Source: Octopus bimaculoides
Lineage: Eukaryota
Direction of reading: 5' to 3'
Assembly (NCBI RefSeq): GCF_001194135.2
Contig: NC_068981.1
Location: 116,512,725-116,544,810 of the forward strand
Length of the DNA: 32,086 nt
Position 1 is the first letter of the stretch, and the number at the start of each line of letters is the position of its first letter. Shown one piece after another: positions 11,901 to 24,863 of this stretch. Made by a program: the position numbers and the translations under genes. Below the pieces are notes generated by a model. That model worked only from the letters and a program-made list of their open reading frames with translations. It had not been told where the DNA came from and did not search any database.

Positions 11901-12420
11901 TTGTAGTTTTTTTGAAAGAGTTTATGTGAAAACCTTGACGCATATAATTAATTGACGATCAATTCATTAAAAGTATGCTGTGCTCGTTTAGAGATGGAAT
12001 GTCAGCTGTTTAGTTTTTTTGATTTCTCACATTATACTATATTGCGGTTGGAGAAAATTTATATACCAACCAACGAACCAACAAACAAACAAACATACCA
12101 ATGAACTAACGTTTATGACATTGACTATTATCAATTAAATATTGGTTCTTATTCTTCCTTTTGCTGATCAGGTTCAAGGGTCATTATTGTATGCAACGCC
12201 TATCAATTTTCATCTTCTTTTACGAAAACATTAATGAGACAACAATGTGGATATGTGTCGAACTCTAAGCAAATCTTCAGCGCAGCATATTTTCTCTCAG
12301 AATTATAGGTTGCTTATTTAGAGAAGAAAACTTTTCGAGAATAATTTTGTCTGTTATATAGGATACAGAAAGTGACATTGGTCGAGGAATACATGCATAC
12401 ATATATACGCACACACAAGT

Positions 12421-12461
<41 letters not shown>

Positions 12462-12811
12462 CATATCACAATAAGCATAAAGGCTAGTATGGTCTGGCTA
12501 AGTCAAAATGTTTTTTTTGTATTTTTCCTTTCTACTTGGAGAGTTTAAATGTAGTTATAAAATATGTCCTTCTGTTGAAATATAATTTCAGTAAATTTCT
12601 ATATCGTTGTGCAGCTGAGGATTGCTCTGCATTTTATATTTGATGTAATGTTCACATAGCTTAATTAAATGCGTCACATGAAACAATCATACTGCATTAA
12701 CTTTGGATATCCTTGTTGCTTATTTTGACTTTAATCACGTCATTTTGAAACTGTATGGATAATACCATACTTAATCCTGGTGCCTAAATTTAAGTACCAT
12801 ATTCACCTGAA

Positions 12812-12855
<44 letters not shown>

Positions 12856-12856
<1 letters not shown>

Positions 12857-12918
12857 TTAGAGAAAAGAACCAAAGTTCATGAATTCATCCATGAAAAACC
12901 ACAGTCACATATAGAAAA
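12856..12918 (+). repeat. 63-bp repeat terminus abutting (TA)n, copy A
   Basis: 59/63 identical to 16965-17027. It is preceded by (TA)n at ~12812-12853 and followed by ~900 bp of very AT-rich sequence. Confidence 0.85.
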
Positions 12919-15644
12919 ATATGTATAATATAATACAAAGTAAATATCATCAGATAATGATAATAAAACGACTAAACGTGTTTCATAACCAAATTTTCAA
13001 ATAGAAAATAGCAAATAAAAATATTCAAATCGATTAAAACGATCGAAAATCAATTCTATTCAAAAATATAGATAATCTTCAGATCAAAATACAATAACAA
13101 TAATAATAAAAGAATGTATATATCAACCAACAATAAATAACAAATGAATGTATATAAAAATACTTATTATATTAAGATAGAAAAATATTATTAAAAATAT
13201 CAAAAATTATAAACTTGTCATAATTAACTTTACGTTTATTATAATATAAACTAACAGAAATATTATATGCAAAACTAATCTTAACGAATCTTTTATTTAA
13301 AATACAATTTAAACGAAGTTTTAGGTTGAATTAATAGAGGTAGAAGTAATACTTATCTCAACGATAACTAAAAATATAAGACGTAAAACTCAGGACTAAA
13401 ACGTTTATTAAAAAGAAGTCTCATGAAAATATTGCGTAAAGAAAAAGAATAGAATAAAGAGATATAAAAACATGAATGAAAGTTTTATTATGAATGAAAG
13501 ATTAAACTTTATATAACTTAAATCATAATAAAACAATTAACTATGCTGTAAACATATTATTGAAAGTTAAAATCTAAGTAATTATAGATTCAAAAGAATA
13601 AGACTAAGAAACAATATAGACTAACTATAATAGTTTAGGTGTTTATAAGTCTGTTTCTAGCGGCTAAATCTACGTAATAACCGTGTTGATATATTATTAC
13701 GTAAGTGTGACCTTTTGAAACAACTGTAGAAATATGATATGTACATATATATATACTGGTTTTCCATTATATATTTCTTCTTCATTTTATAATTGGTATT
13801 TTGTGGTCTATGTAAGACTGTATCCCAAGCATAACTGTGTTCATCTAAGTTAATGCATTCATGCATACATACATACATACTTACGCACACTTACATGCAA
13901 GCATACATACATACATACATACATCTTGTATAAAGATCTCCTATATCCCCGACGTTATCCATTTTACACTTGCAGTTAGAAATCACTTCATTACAGCCTT
14001 ACTTGTAGAGATTTGTTGACCTAGCTCATCCAAGTGGGGCTCCAATTTAAATATTAATCACTGCTAATTTAATACTTGACACCTCCTCTGAAGGCCATCA
14101 CTTTTGGTGTATTTTATATTCTCAATTTAGAAATATTCCCATGTCGTCTTTCTTCGTACATTCAATACAATATGCAGTACACTTTCTTCATGAATTCAAT
14201 ATAATTGAGCAACACAAGTGCCGTCTTTACATCCACATACATCTTGAAGTTATATGCATCATTCAGAAGTCTTTGTCTTGGTTTTGTCAGCAATTATTTT
14301 ATTTTCATCCTCCTTCTAGCACAGCGCACCCTGTAACATGACGTCATTTCTTGCCGCATGGATGCTCATTCTCTAACTGATTTAGTTGGAGAGGTAGAAT
14401 GAAAGACAAATGAGCGTGATAGGCATACAGAATTAGAAAACAAAGAGAGGAGATATTGAGAGAAAGAAGGAAAAGGGAGAGGGAAGATAAATAGAATGCA
14501 TGGGGAAGGTGAGAGGAAGAGAAGAGAAAAAAGAGAAAGAGATTGTGCAAGAAAAAAGTGATTACAATTGAATTTGTATAACTAAAGATATCCAAGACGA
14601 ACCTGCAATTGTTGCTGCAACAACTCTTTACAAGTTCGAGCTAACGTATTTGGCGATTAACATAAACGCAGGCAATTTGAAACACGTGACTGTTTGACGT
14701 GTAGGATTTTTTTCAGATTCATATACCAATCACTCTAACCAAAGACAGATACAACCTCCCTTAAATTTCAAAACCTTTGAAATGGCTGTGCAACCTAACA
14801 GAGGTATCATCTTATCAAACGCTACCGTCTCAAAAAAAAAAAATAATAATAATAAGCGGGCAAGTTTACTCAACCTAGTATTGTGTACCCCCAAATGACA
14901 AGAATGCTTGTGTTATGAGTCCACTAGATACAGGCTCAGCTGGGTTAAAACAACGGTAAACTGAAGGACGGACCCATACCTATGATGAACTATGGTTAAA
15001 TGATTAATGATGAAATGGTTATAGTTACAGTTCTGATTGAGCAGCATTGACCGGAGTGGGGTAGGTGGAGGTTAGACATGAAAAAACAGAACCATCATTA
15101 GCAAATACATTAAAAACTGAAGAGGAGAAATTTGTATCCAATACTTTAAGGCTTAAGTTTCATGCTGTATGATTGAGACGAATGCACGCATTCAGGCAAC
15201 ACAAACATATACACCCACATTCAAATAACAAATAACGTACACGTATACAGACATTGCAGTCACATACACTCACATTTATTTAATTTGCACCTAACATTTT
15301 TCATCCATTGCTACTCTCATCTATGTGAAATCATGTTCTTTCTCCTTACTGCAGGCTATTTATAATTTAGCATAGTTCTTTAGAGCTTCATTTTCCTTTA
15401 TTTTGTTCTCTTCATTTTCTGATATAGAATTTACGTACTTTCCTCAAGATGATTATTTTTCGATTTCACTCAGCGTTAATCTACTAAAAAGATCATTTAT
15501 GGTATTTTAACTTTGCTTGTTTTTCATTTTCAAAGTTTCATACTCACGTGGCCAGAAAAGTGAAGCCAGGAATTTGTACCAAACGTCGAACGTTATTGCC
15601 AAAGAAGGTTTTGTTGTTGCTTAGCAATGCACACGCATACACGG

Positions 15645-16321
15645 GCGTTGTCAGAGCAAGTTGTCATGGCAATGCCTGCTCAGAGGCTTGTGCAAAGTTG
15701 TAGAAAGTGTCTGGAGAGGAGTGTATGAGCGGCACACAAGTGTAGGAGTGGTTCAGACATTTCCAGGATGGCCGAAAAAATGTCGATATTGATGAGCGTT
15801 CTGGAAGACCTGCAACCAGCAGAACTGAGAAAAACATCGCAGATGTGCGTGCAGCCATGAAGGGAAACTGTCGAATCACCATCCGTAAGTTATCTGATGA
15901 TGAACAGATTAGTTACGGATCCGTTCAGTTCATAATCACCAAAGATTTGTGTATAATACGTGTGTCTGCTAAGTTTGTTCCAAAACTGCTTTCAGATGAC
16001 CATGAAGACGCTCGGGTTTCAGTTGCACATGATCTTAATCGTGTCAAGAACGATGAAAACTTTTCGAAATTTTTGCGTAGGCCGCTGAGCAGGTATCACC
16101 AACCTTTTGGTAAAATTTGATGCTGATTCTCTGTAACCGTTGATGCGACGGTCACACGCTACACACGTTCCTTCCAAACATGTCTGTAAACAGTGGAAGT
16201 GAGGTAGAACGTTAAAACTTAGTGCACATGTGCAACATAAGTCAAAGTCAATCTGCGCCAAGCGGATTAACCCTGCGTGCTTTAGCATTATTACTATGCA
16301 ATAGTCCAGATACTTATTGAT
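15645..16321 (+). mobile_element. Non-autonomous mariner derivative, copy 2 (same rearrangement as 350-1100, opposite orientation)
   Basis: On +, the HTH fragment (DERSGRP...RITIRKL...RVSAKFVPKLL...ARVSVAHDL...DENFSK) runs to ~16072. An inverted 5' end follows and finishes in the TIR-like reverse complement ...ACTTATTGAT directly against (TA)n. Confidence 0.88.
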
Positions 16322-16325
16322 ATAT

Positions 16326-16357
<32 letters not shown>

Positions 16358-16964
16358 NNNNNNNNNNNNNNNNNNNNNNNNNNNNNNNNNNNNNNNNNNN
16401 NNNNNNNNNNNNNNNNNNNNNNNNNNNNNNNNNNNNNNNNNNNNNNNNNNNNNNNNNNNNNNNNNNNNNNNNNNNNNNNNNNNNNNNNNNNNNNNNNNNN
16501 NNNNNNNNNNNNNNNNNNNNNNNNNNNNNNNNNNNNNNNNNNNNNNNNNNNNNNNNNNNNNNNNNNNNNNNNNNNNNNNNNNNNNNNNNNNNNNNNNNNN
16601 NNNNNNNNNNNNNNNNNNNNNNNNNNNNNNNNNNNNNNNNNNNNNNNNNNNNNNNNNNNNNNNNNNNNNNNNNNNNNNNNNNNNNNNNNNNNNNNNNNNN
16701 NNNNNNNNNNNNNNNNNNNNNNNNNNNNNNNNNNNNNNNNNNNNNNNNNNNNNNNNNNNNNNNNNNNNNNNNNNNNNNNNNNNNNNNNNNNNNNNNNNNN
16801 NNNNNNNNNNNNNNNNNNNNNNNNNNNNNNNNNNNNNNNNNNNNNNNNNNNNNNNNNNNNNNNNNNNNNNNNNNNNATATATATATATATATATATATAT
16901 ACACGCATATGTGTAAGTATAAATATATATAAATATGTATATACATATGTATTTATATATATAA

Positions 16965-17027
16965 TTTAGAGAAAAGAACCAAAGTTCATGAACTCATCCA
17001 TGAAAATCAACAGTCATATATAGAAAA
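16965..17027 (+). repeat. 63-bp repeat terminus abutting TA-rich tract, copy B
   Basis: 59/63 identical to 12856-12918. A SINE tail begins ~20 bp downstream. Confidence 0.85.
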
Positions 17028-17048
17028 TTGAATAAGTAAATAAATTCA

Positions 17049-17124
17049 TTCGACTAGAATTTCTCAAAGCGGTGCCGCAGTATGCTAGCAGTCTAATCGT
17101 TGAAACAAATAAAAGATAAAAGAT
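17049..17124 (+). mobile_element. SINE-like 3' tail fragment
   Basis: ttcgactag...aagcggtgccgcagtatgc..gcagtc...tgaaacaaataaaagataaaagata is the reverse complement of the left part of 25-290 and 1719-1965. Confidence 0.65.
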
Positions 17125-17294
17125 ATATACTAATATATCAAAACTGTCCGATGAACGGTAGCGTGGAACTCTGAGTTACCATTTGTGAATATTTTTTCGG
17201 CTTTAATAGAAAGCATATTAATCAACCATCGGTATTTCTCCAACCTTGTTTTGCATTTACGTACTTATTTATGTGTTAGTCTAACTGTCAGTCT

Positions 17295-17392
17295 GTATGT
17301 ATGTATGTATGTATGTATGTATGTATGTATGTATGTATGCATGCATGTACGTATATGTGTACTTATGTACGTATGCATGTACATGTTTATCG

Positions 17393-17442
<50 letters not shown>

Positions 17443-17520
17443 ATATACATATATATGCATATAGATAGATAGACAGACAGGCAAGCAGACAGACAGACAG
17501 ACATACATACAGACAGACAA
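17295..17520. repeat. Compound microsatellite (TATG)n-(CT)n-(AGAT/AGAC)n
   Basis: Directly visible tandem tracts. Confidence 0.95.
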
Positions 17521-19145
17521 ATTTACAGATAGTTTTATTTAAGTATGTATCTGTAGATGTGTGTTTATTTTGATGAACACCAGCTGGCATTGCCTATCAA
17601 ATATACACCTTGAGATGCACGGACAGACAGACACACACGCAATAGTACATAGGTAATTAGACATTTACACACAAACATAAAATGAGTGAACGTTTGAATG
17701 AATACATTTAAATTTATCTGAAAGAATACTTAAATGTCCCATACACCTGGATGTTATACAATGCAAGCATTCCTTAATTGATAAAACATGGCCACTTGTC
17801 ACTAAAACTCTCTAGATAAAATTTTAACCCCTGCTGTTTGTTATGAGCAAACTCTTATTATTGTATCATTTACTTGCCTTTATATGCAGTCACATTTCTA
17901 AAACAAGACGGGAATCTGGAAAACAAAATAATCTTAGTCTCAAAGTATCAGTAAGAAAGTAAGTGTTAAAAAATTCAACAAAGGACATCATAAACAATTT
18001 TAATATCTGTAGTAATAACTAGCAAGAAACATATCAAATTGTATATCTAAAGAAAAGTAATCAAATAATGTAATATAACTTCAATGTTATTTTATCTTTT
18101 ATTCTGAAGACAATCGCATCCATGTATTTAAAGATACATTCATTTGTAAGTGTGAATATAATAATATTTTCTTTCTTTCTTACTTCTCTTTTTCTTAGCA
18201 TGGAAATATGGAAGGGAATATATATAAAGGAAATGCAACAAAATGAGAAAACAAGAAGAGAGATAAAAGGAAAAAGAGGGAGACATGGAGAGAAAGAAAG
18301 CAAAAAACATTTAGGTACAACCATACTTGATTTTCAACTTGAACTGTAAATTTACCAACGAAATGAAAACAAAGTTATAATAAATTTTGCAAATATTACA
18401 ACATTAGACATACATAGACACATGCAAGTACACACACACATAAATACAATGGCGATAATTTCATACTACTTTAAATCAAAAGAATTGGCTGAATCTGCCA
18501 ATGATTCAGAACCTTGTTGCTTTGAATAGTTCGAAAACTCGTGGCCCTCATTCTGTCATTACATATTATAATTAAATCAAATTTAAGCCCGAGAAACCTA
18601 CTTATTTCTTTAATTAGTCTACAATTTTTTTTCTCTAACAACTGAAGCTATCGATATAATATATGGACTATACTATCTGACAGTTACAAATTAGATACCC
18701 TCAATGCATCACGCTTTGCGGACTTTTAAGCAGTGCCTGTTTACACTCTACAAACCGAGGCTTGGTGAGTTCCATTTCAATAGAAAATATCGAAATTATA
18801 TCTGAGCAGGGTATCTACGATGATTCTCTAACTCCGCTAAACACCTCTTTCATTCGGCCGTCACGGTAAATAAGTTAACGGTAAATAAGTGTCATGCTTT
18901 AGAACAAGCTATGATCGATTTACATGTCTCTAAGCCTGTCCTACCAGTAGAAAAAAAACATGCATTTATCTACGCTGAGTGAACTAGAAACGAGTTTTTC
19001 AAACCGAAATAAATCTCGCCTTTTGTAAAAGAGTCCCTTATGAAATGCACCATATCTACGGAATTTTCCATGAGAGGATTGCAACCGATATCCTCTCCAC
19101 AATACTTATTGCTTTAGGTGTAAGTGGTGACAAGTGACAATTCTG

Positions 19146-19291
19146 TAAATAATAATAAACTTAAAGCTTACAAGCGATCACCGTGTATTGACTAGCCCTC
19201 GACAGAAAAAAGTAGGTTTTCCGTACGCATGGGACCCGAATCCATACCTCTTATATTCGCTACAAGTGAGCTAACCATTACACCAACGTCC
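19146..19291 (-). mobile_element. Short tRNA-derived SINE-like element or tRNA pseudogene
   Basis: On -, GGACGTTGGTGTAATGGTTAGC gives an A box/D-arm and ATGGA-TTCGGGT-CCCAT gives a degenerate T-arm/B box (19221-19291). A short body and a (TTA)n-like tail follow. The anticodon arm is not intact. Confidence 0.55.
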
Positions 19292-21547
19292 ACACTCACT
19301 TCTTCCTGTTAGATTTAAGAACTATAATTTCATAGTGTTGTTTTTTAAACAAACAAATGTGTGTTTTCTATGCTAAATGTAAAAGCGGGGACGTCTGGTT
19401 ATTCCTTAAATAATAATATTTATGAGGTTAAAAGCTTATAAGCGATCACTGTGTATTTACATAATTGTAAAGGTGTCTGTTTTTTATAAGTGGATTATTT
19501 AATGCTGGTGATTCTCGAATCGTCTGTGAAGTGTCCTTTGGTCAGATTGATTGAAAAAGGGTTCAGTACTTGTAAATAGTTATTTCTCTAATAGGTATTG
19601 TTATAAGTTATATATTTCGTGCAAGTTTATACATTTTAGTTCCGCTTTACAATAAATTTTGACAGACTAAAGTACCCTAATTTATGGAGATCAATTGGTT
19701 TTATCCGAAGAAATCCTTGAAAATAATTTCCTGAGAGTCATTTCATCATTCCACTTAACATACATTAAACACTTCCTTTGAGCTGCATATAAGAAAGACA
19801 TGTGTGTCAACAATTCTCCTTAGAGAGTATAAACGCATTTGCAATATAATATAAGCATGACTTCAACCCGAAATTCTCTCTCGACCTCAGTCTATCTTCA
19901 CTGAACATTCAAAGACAACTCATAACTATAACATACATTTTAAGTAATTCAACCCTCCTATCCGACCCTTATTGTTTTAATGGATATATTTCTTAAAATT
20001 ACATAATTCCCTCCACATCTATTGTATCACTTATCTATCAACTCTCAGTTTCCTTATTTAGAGCTTCTTCGAAAGTGACAAATGTTCAGAAATGGAAGAA
20101 CGTCCAGAAAATGATTTGCTGTTTTTAGATTTGACCCATTACAATCCGAGTTAGAATATCACAGACATTATCTTTGTCTTTTATCTTTCGGAGGTCGTTA
20201 AAATAAGTAGCAATCAATTTCTGATACCGATATAATCATCTGTACCTTTCATTAAATTTCTGTTCCGTAATGTCGTGGTTATAAATGTACATTCTATAGG
20301 GGAGGGCGAATTCACTAATATCACAGAGTCAGTATTGATACTTTGATGCGTTCATGAACTGAATGTGTTCCAATTCATATCACAATCGTTTCGCATTTTC
20401 GTATTATCCGTGCGATACTGAATATGGATTAAGGTACTTTGGCACCAGATTAATGAAATATATAGGAATAGGTCATGTCTAGTACTTGACAATGTATATA
20501 CGTAACCAAGTTCCACTATTCTTACATCCAACTGATAATATGATGTACGTGGTACATAATACTACAGAAAGCGGCGAAAATATACTGTTCACAAATGTAT
20601 CACGTAGCTTGCCACGAATTAAAATTTCTTCTATATTTGTGGTTTGGATATACAAATACAATATCTTCAACTAATGATGCTAAGACTTCATAATATATTC
20701 TTAGCATACACACAATATAAAGGGCGCAATTAATGAGACGGTTGCACACTCTTTTAGTAGTATTTGATCTGTGTCAACATTGAGTTACTCATTGCTTCAT
20801 CCTTTCAGTTGGAAGTGGAGACGGAAGATTTATAAGAGCAGATCGCTGACGTAGAGATGCCTTGAGTATCTGAGATATGTTCGATCATTTTCCCGTGTCT
20901 TAGGCAACAAAACTTGTGTCAACAATGGAAAATTATAATGTTGATGGTGTTTCACTCAATCTTTACTCAACCGACCGTTTGATAATCATATCAATTTCAA
21001 ACATCGAATAATCGAATGTTCCATACTGAAATGGACGGAAGATTCATTATGATATGTATGTTGAAAAACGCACGACCGCACACACGGACTCAAAAACAGG
21101 CGCACAAACACACACACGCGCGCACGCGCGGAGTAATTTGTTTGCATTTGATGAAAGTAAGTCGATAAATTTCGAGGGAGAAAAATATCAATTAGTATGG
21201 TATCGATATTTTAACAATAAATATAAGACAAACATGTTTTGTCCATTGCGGAAATGGATATCATTAATAAACGCAAATAAATATCAGAGATCATCTTGTT
21301 TCGTACTCTTTCATTGATACCAGCCCACCGCCCTCTTGCATTTATGAACCTCTACAGGTATTTGACTTGTTAGAAATAACAGACAAGTATAAATCACATT
21401 ATATCCTCAAGCCTTAAAAAAGAACACACTTGAAAATATGCTTTGTTATAGAAAAGGACGGTACTCTTAAAGTTTAAAGTCTTTGATCTAACGTGCGCTT
21501 TATCAGGGTTGGTCTTGCATTAGACATCAACAAAAACAAGAACAGTA

Positions 21548-21549
21548 TT

Positions 21550-21597
<48 letters not shown>

Positions 21598-21625
21598 TCG
21601 TTATTTATTTATTTATTTATTTATT
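21548..21625. repeat. (TTTC)n-(TTTA)n microsatellite
   Basis: Directly visible. Confidence 0.95.
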
Positions 21626-21900
21626 CATATATTTATCTATGTAAAGATCACCAAAAAATGCAACATTCAAACTATCATCTTTAAGCATAATAAGCACTGA
21701 AATAATCCTCCAGTAAATGTCTTGGCATCTTTTACGTCAGTGTAAGATTCGATAGTTCTGAGCTTATCTTACATAAATTGTATATATTTGAGTTAATCTC
21801 TTCCAGGTAGTGAGAGGTAATACGAGTCGGGTTGATTTTCAACAGCAAATTATCATGCGTAGGCATATAATGACTATAATTATAATTCTGAACTCACTAC

Positions 21901-22018
21901 CTGCTAAAAGTCTCCGCCCAGTTCCGTGCCTCATATTCGGCGCTCCGCCTTCTGTCACTCATAATATGTCTCTCCTTCAAGACTTCGTACATTTGGTTCT
22001 GCAGTCTTCTCGTGTTTT
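21901..22018 (-). CDS. Candidate internal coding exon of an unidentified gene
   Basis: The acceptor reads ttgtattcttgcccAG (AG at 22020-22019) and the donor CAG|GTAGTG lies at 21900 (alternative |GTGAGT at 21897). One frame is open: NTRRLQNQMYEVLKERHIMSDRRRSAEYEARNWAETFS. GC is locally higher than in the flanks, and a codon-aligned antisense ORF (21810-22115) overlaps it. I recognise no homologue. Confidence 0.4.
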
Positions 22019-22404
22019 CTGGGCAAGAATACAAATCATTACCATACCGTCACTGCCAACGCCTACCTTTCCTCTTTTCCAACATTGCATAACAGATGTT
22101 CAAGCTGAACAGTAGCCACATCAATCACAGCAGCGTGGGAGGGGCTGGTGAAAAGATCATGTGTGTGTGTGTGTGAGTGAGTGTATATGTGAGTGTGTGT
22201 GTGTGTACATACACATAGGTAGACACTACTACGTTCTTATATATGTATATACACCGATATGTATACGCACATATAAATAAGTATATACATATACATATAT
22301 ATGTATATGAAAATACACATGTATGCATAGGCACATATGAATATGTATACACATACACACAAACACGCACACATATATGCATATATGTGCGTATATATGC
22401 ATCT

Positions 22405-22441
<37 letters not shown>

Positions 22442-22752
22442 NNNNNNNNNNNNNNNNNNNNNNNNNNNNNNNNNNNNNNNNNNNNNNNNNNNNNNNNNNN
22501 NNNNNNNNNNNNNNNNNNNNNNNNNNNNNNNNNNNNNNNNNNNNNNNNNNNNNNNNNNNNNNNNNNNNNNNNNNNNNNNNNNNNNNNNNNNNNNNNNNNN
22601 NNNNNNNNNNNNNNNNNNNNNNNNNNNNNNNNNNNNNNNNNNNNNNNNNNNNNNNNNNNNNNNNNNNNNNNNNNNNNNNNNNNNNNNNNNNNNNNNNNNN
22701 NNNNNNNNNNNNNNNNNNNNNNNNNNNNNNNNNNNNNNNNNNNNNNNNNNNN

Positions 22753-22785
<33 letters not shown>

Positions 22786-23194
22786 GCCTATATTTATTAC
22801 CTGTCATAACCGCTGTCATAGTATAAATATGATTTATTTATATTTCCTTTATTTTCTTTGTTTTTGTTTTCGTTTATTTACTGTTTATTTACAGTTCTTT
22901 CGTTAAGGTTGGATATTTTATTCTTTATTACTTTTATAATTAATCCTCATAATTTTGGGTGAGTTATTCTTTTACCGTATTTCCGTTCATCATTCCTCTG
23001 TTACAGTTTGTTCTATCGTTTGAAGAGATTCACACACATATATGGGGAGTTATACCAAACTATGTTTTTATAATACGTAATATACTTTATACACAGTTAT
23101 TCATTTTTCCCGTTAAATATTCTCGTTGCCTATCATTATATTTTATCTTATTTCTTTAGAACTTTCTTTGTTTCTGTCTATCCATAGCCACTTT

Positions 23195-23205
23195 TCCTTT
23201 TCTTT

Positions 23206-23249
<44 letters not shown>

Positions 23250-23362
23250 TCACTTAACCATTTTCTTGTGTATTTCTTAATTTACAGTAGTTCGCTCTAC
23301 AAAATCTATATGAGAACCTTAAATTCCCGTTGGTATTTCCTAACTTCCTCTCCCCTATATTA

Positions 23363-23418
<56 letters not shown>
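23195..23418. repeat. (TTTC)n at ~23195-23250 and (CA)n at 23364-23418
   Basis: Directly visible. Confidence 0.95.
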
Positions 23419-23420
<2 letters not shown>

Positions 23421-24379
23421 AGGTGATGATCAGAAGGGAAATGACGTTAAGACATACCAATATATGCCCATGTGTGAGTTTGTTTGTTTGTGTGTGTGTG
23501 TGTGTGTGTTGTGTATGTGTTTGTGTATATCTATGTATATCTATATCTGTCCTTATAAACAGTTACACATATGTTCATTTTTGTAGTCCCTGCTGTTATT
23601 GATAAACAAAGCACCTCCCTCACCATACCACCACTACCATCGCACCACAAACAACAATAATTCACTAAAGATATTACATCAGAGTAAACAAAATTAACAC
23701 AAATGAATTAAAAGGGGCAACACATTATAGATTATTAATAAAGTAAAAACAAATCGTTCGGTAACGATATTTACTTGAGTCACTCCCACTCCCATCACCA
23801 CGATAGACTCTACTCTCACCATCAACATGAGCGCCACACTATCGTATCACAGTGAGTTTATTTTTATATACTTTTTCTTTGATTACAAAGACCTGCTTCT
23901 TTTATTCCTTCTATAACAAGGCACGTATTTGCATCTGGAACGTATCAAGGTGTTTCCGCTGAGCCTTTTTAGTGTTTAGAAAACGAAGCTGGGTTCTAAT
24001 TCTCATCGTCACCGCACGGCGTAGGGAGTGAAGCAACGCCACCCCACAAAAATAAATAAATAAATATAACAAAAATAAAATGAAAAACGTACAAACCAAA
24101 ACAATAATTCACCAGACTTGCTTGATGCACTTTATCGTAAATACAGAGATTTCGGATCAATTTTCAGATATTTAGACACTGAAATATTCAGAGAGCCATC
24201 AAAATAATTATTTTGTGCTTCAAAAAGACGTCTCGCATTACATACTTCCTTACTTGTTTGTTGCTTTCTGTTCATGTTGTTGTTGCTGTTGTTGTTATTT
24301 CCATACCCACCTTCAGTTTCTTCTTCATCTTCTATCGCCTCTTTTCATCTTTACTCCCGTATTTTCATGCATACCCTTT

Positions 24380-24735
24380 GTATGTATGTATGTATGTATG
24401 TATGTATGTATGTATGTATGTATGTATGTATGTGTGTATGTCTATGTGTGTATGTACGTGTACATATGCATGCATATAGAATTACACACACAAAGATTCA
24501 CACAAGTACAAACACACGTATAAATATACATNNNNNNNNNNNNNNNNNNNNNNNNNNNNNNNNNNNNNNNNNNNNNNNNNNNNNNNNNNNNNNNNNNNNN
24601 NNNNNNNNNNNNNNNNNNNNNNNNNNNNNNNNNNNNNNNNNNNNNNNNNNNNNNNNNNNNNNNNNNNNNNNNNNNNNNNNNNNNNNNNNNNNNNNNNNNN
24701 NNNNNNNNNNNNNNNNNNNNTGTGTATATATATGC

Positions 24736-24800
<65 letters not shown>

Positions 24801-24824
24801 TATACATATATATATGCATATGTG

Positions 24825-24860
<36 letters not shown>
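24380..24860. repeat. (TATG)n and (TA/TACA)n tracts around gap 24532-24720
   Basis: Directly visible. Confidence 0.95.

Positions 24861-24863
<3 letters not shown>

Larger units (their letters stand above)
2199..24720. other. Six assembly gaps (2199-2314, 10048-10495, 11012-11319, 16358-16876, 22442-22752, 24532-24720)
   Basis: These are N runs, nearly all bordered by (TA)n, (CT)n or TA-rich tracts. Their content is unknown. Confidence 1.

Noticed and set aside
14000-14300. Minus-strand frame with YVDV...KLRI*NTPKVMAFRGG resembling a non-LTR RT (YADD...KTKVM)
   Set aside because: There are too many stops and too little identity to call by eye. An HMM search would be needed.
14730-14960. Possible decayed SINE 3' end
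   Set aside because: It rests only on recalled similarity, with no second copy in the window to confirm it.
18682-18770. Plus-strand 81-bp exon-like segment ending at G|GTGAGT
   Set aside because: The acceptor is weak, the peptide is unrecognisable, and an open frame this short is expected by chance.
20150-20420. Minus-strand broken frames including a YIG tripeptide
   Set aside because: There is insufficient motif context to call a GIY-YIG domain.
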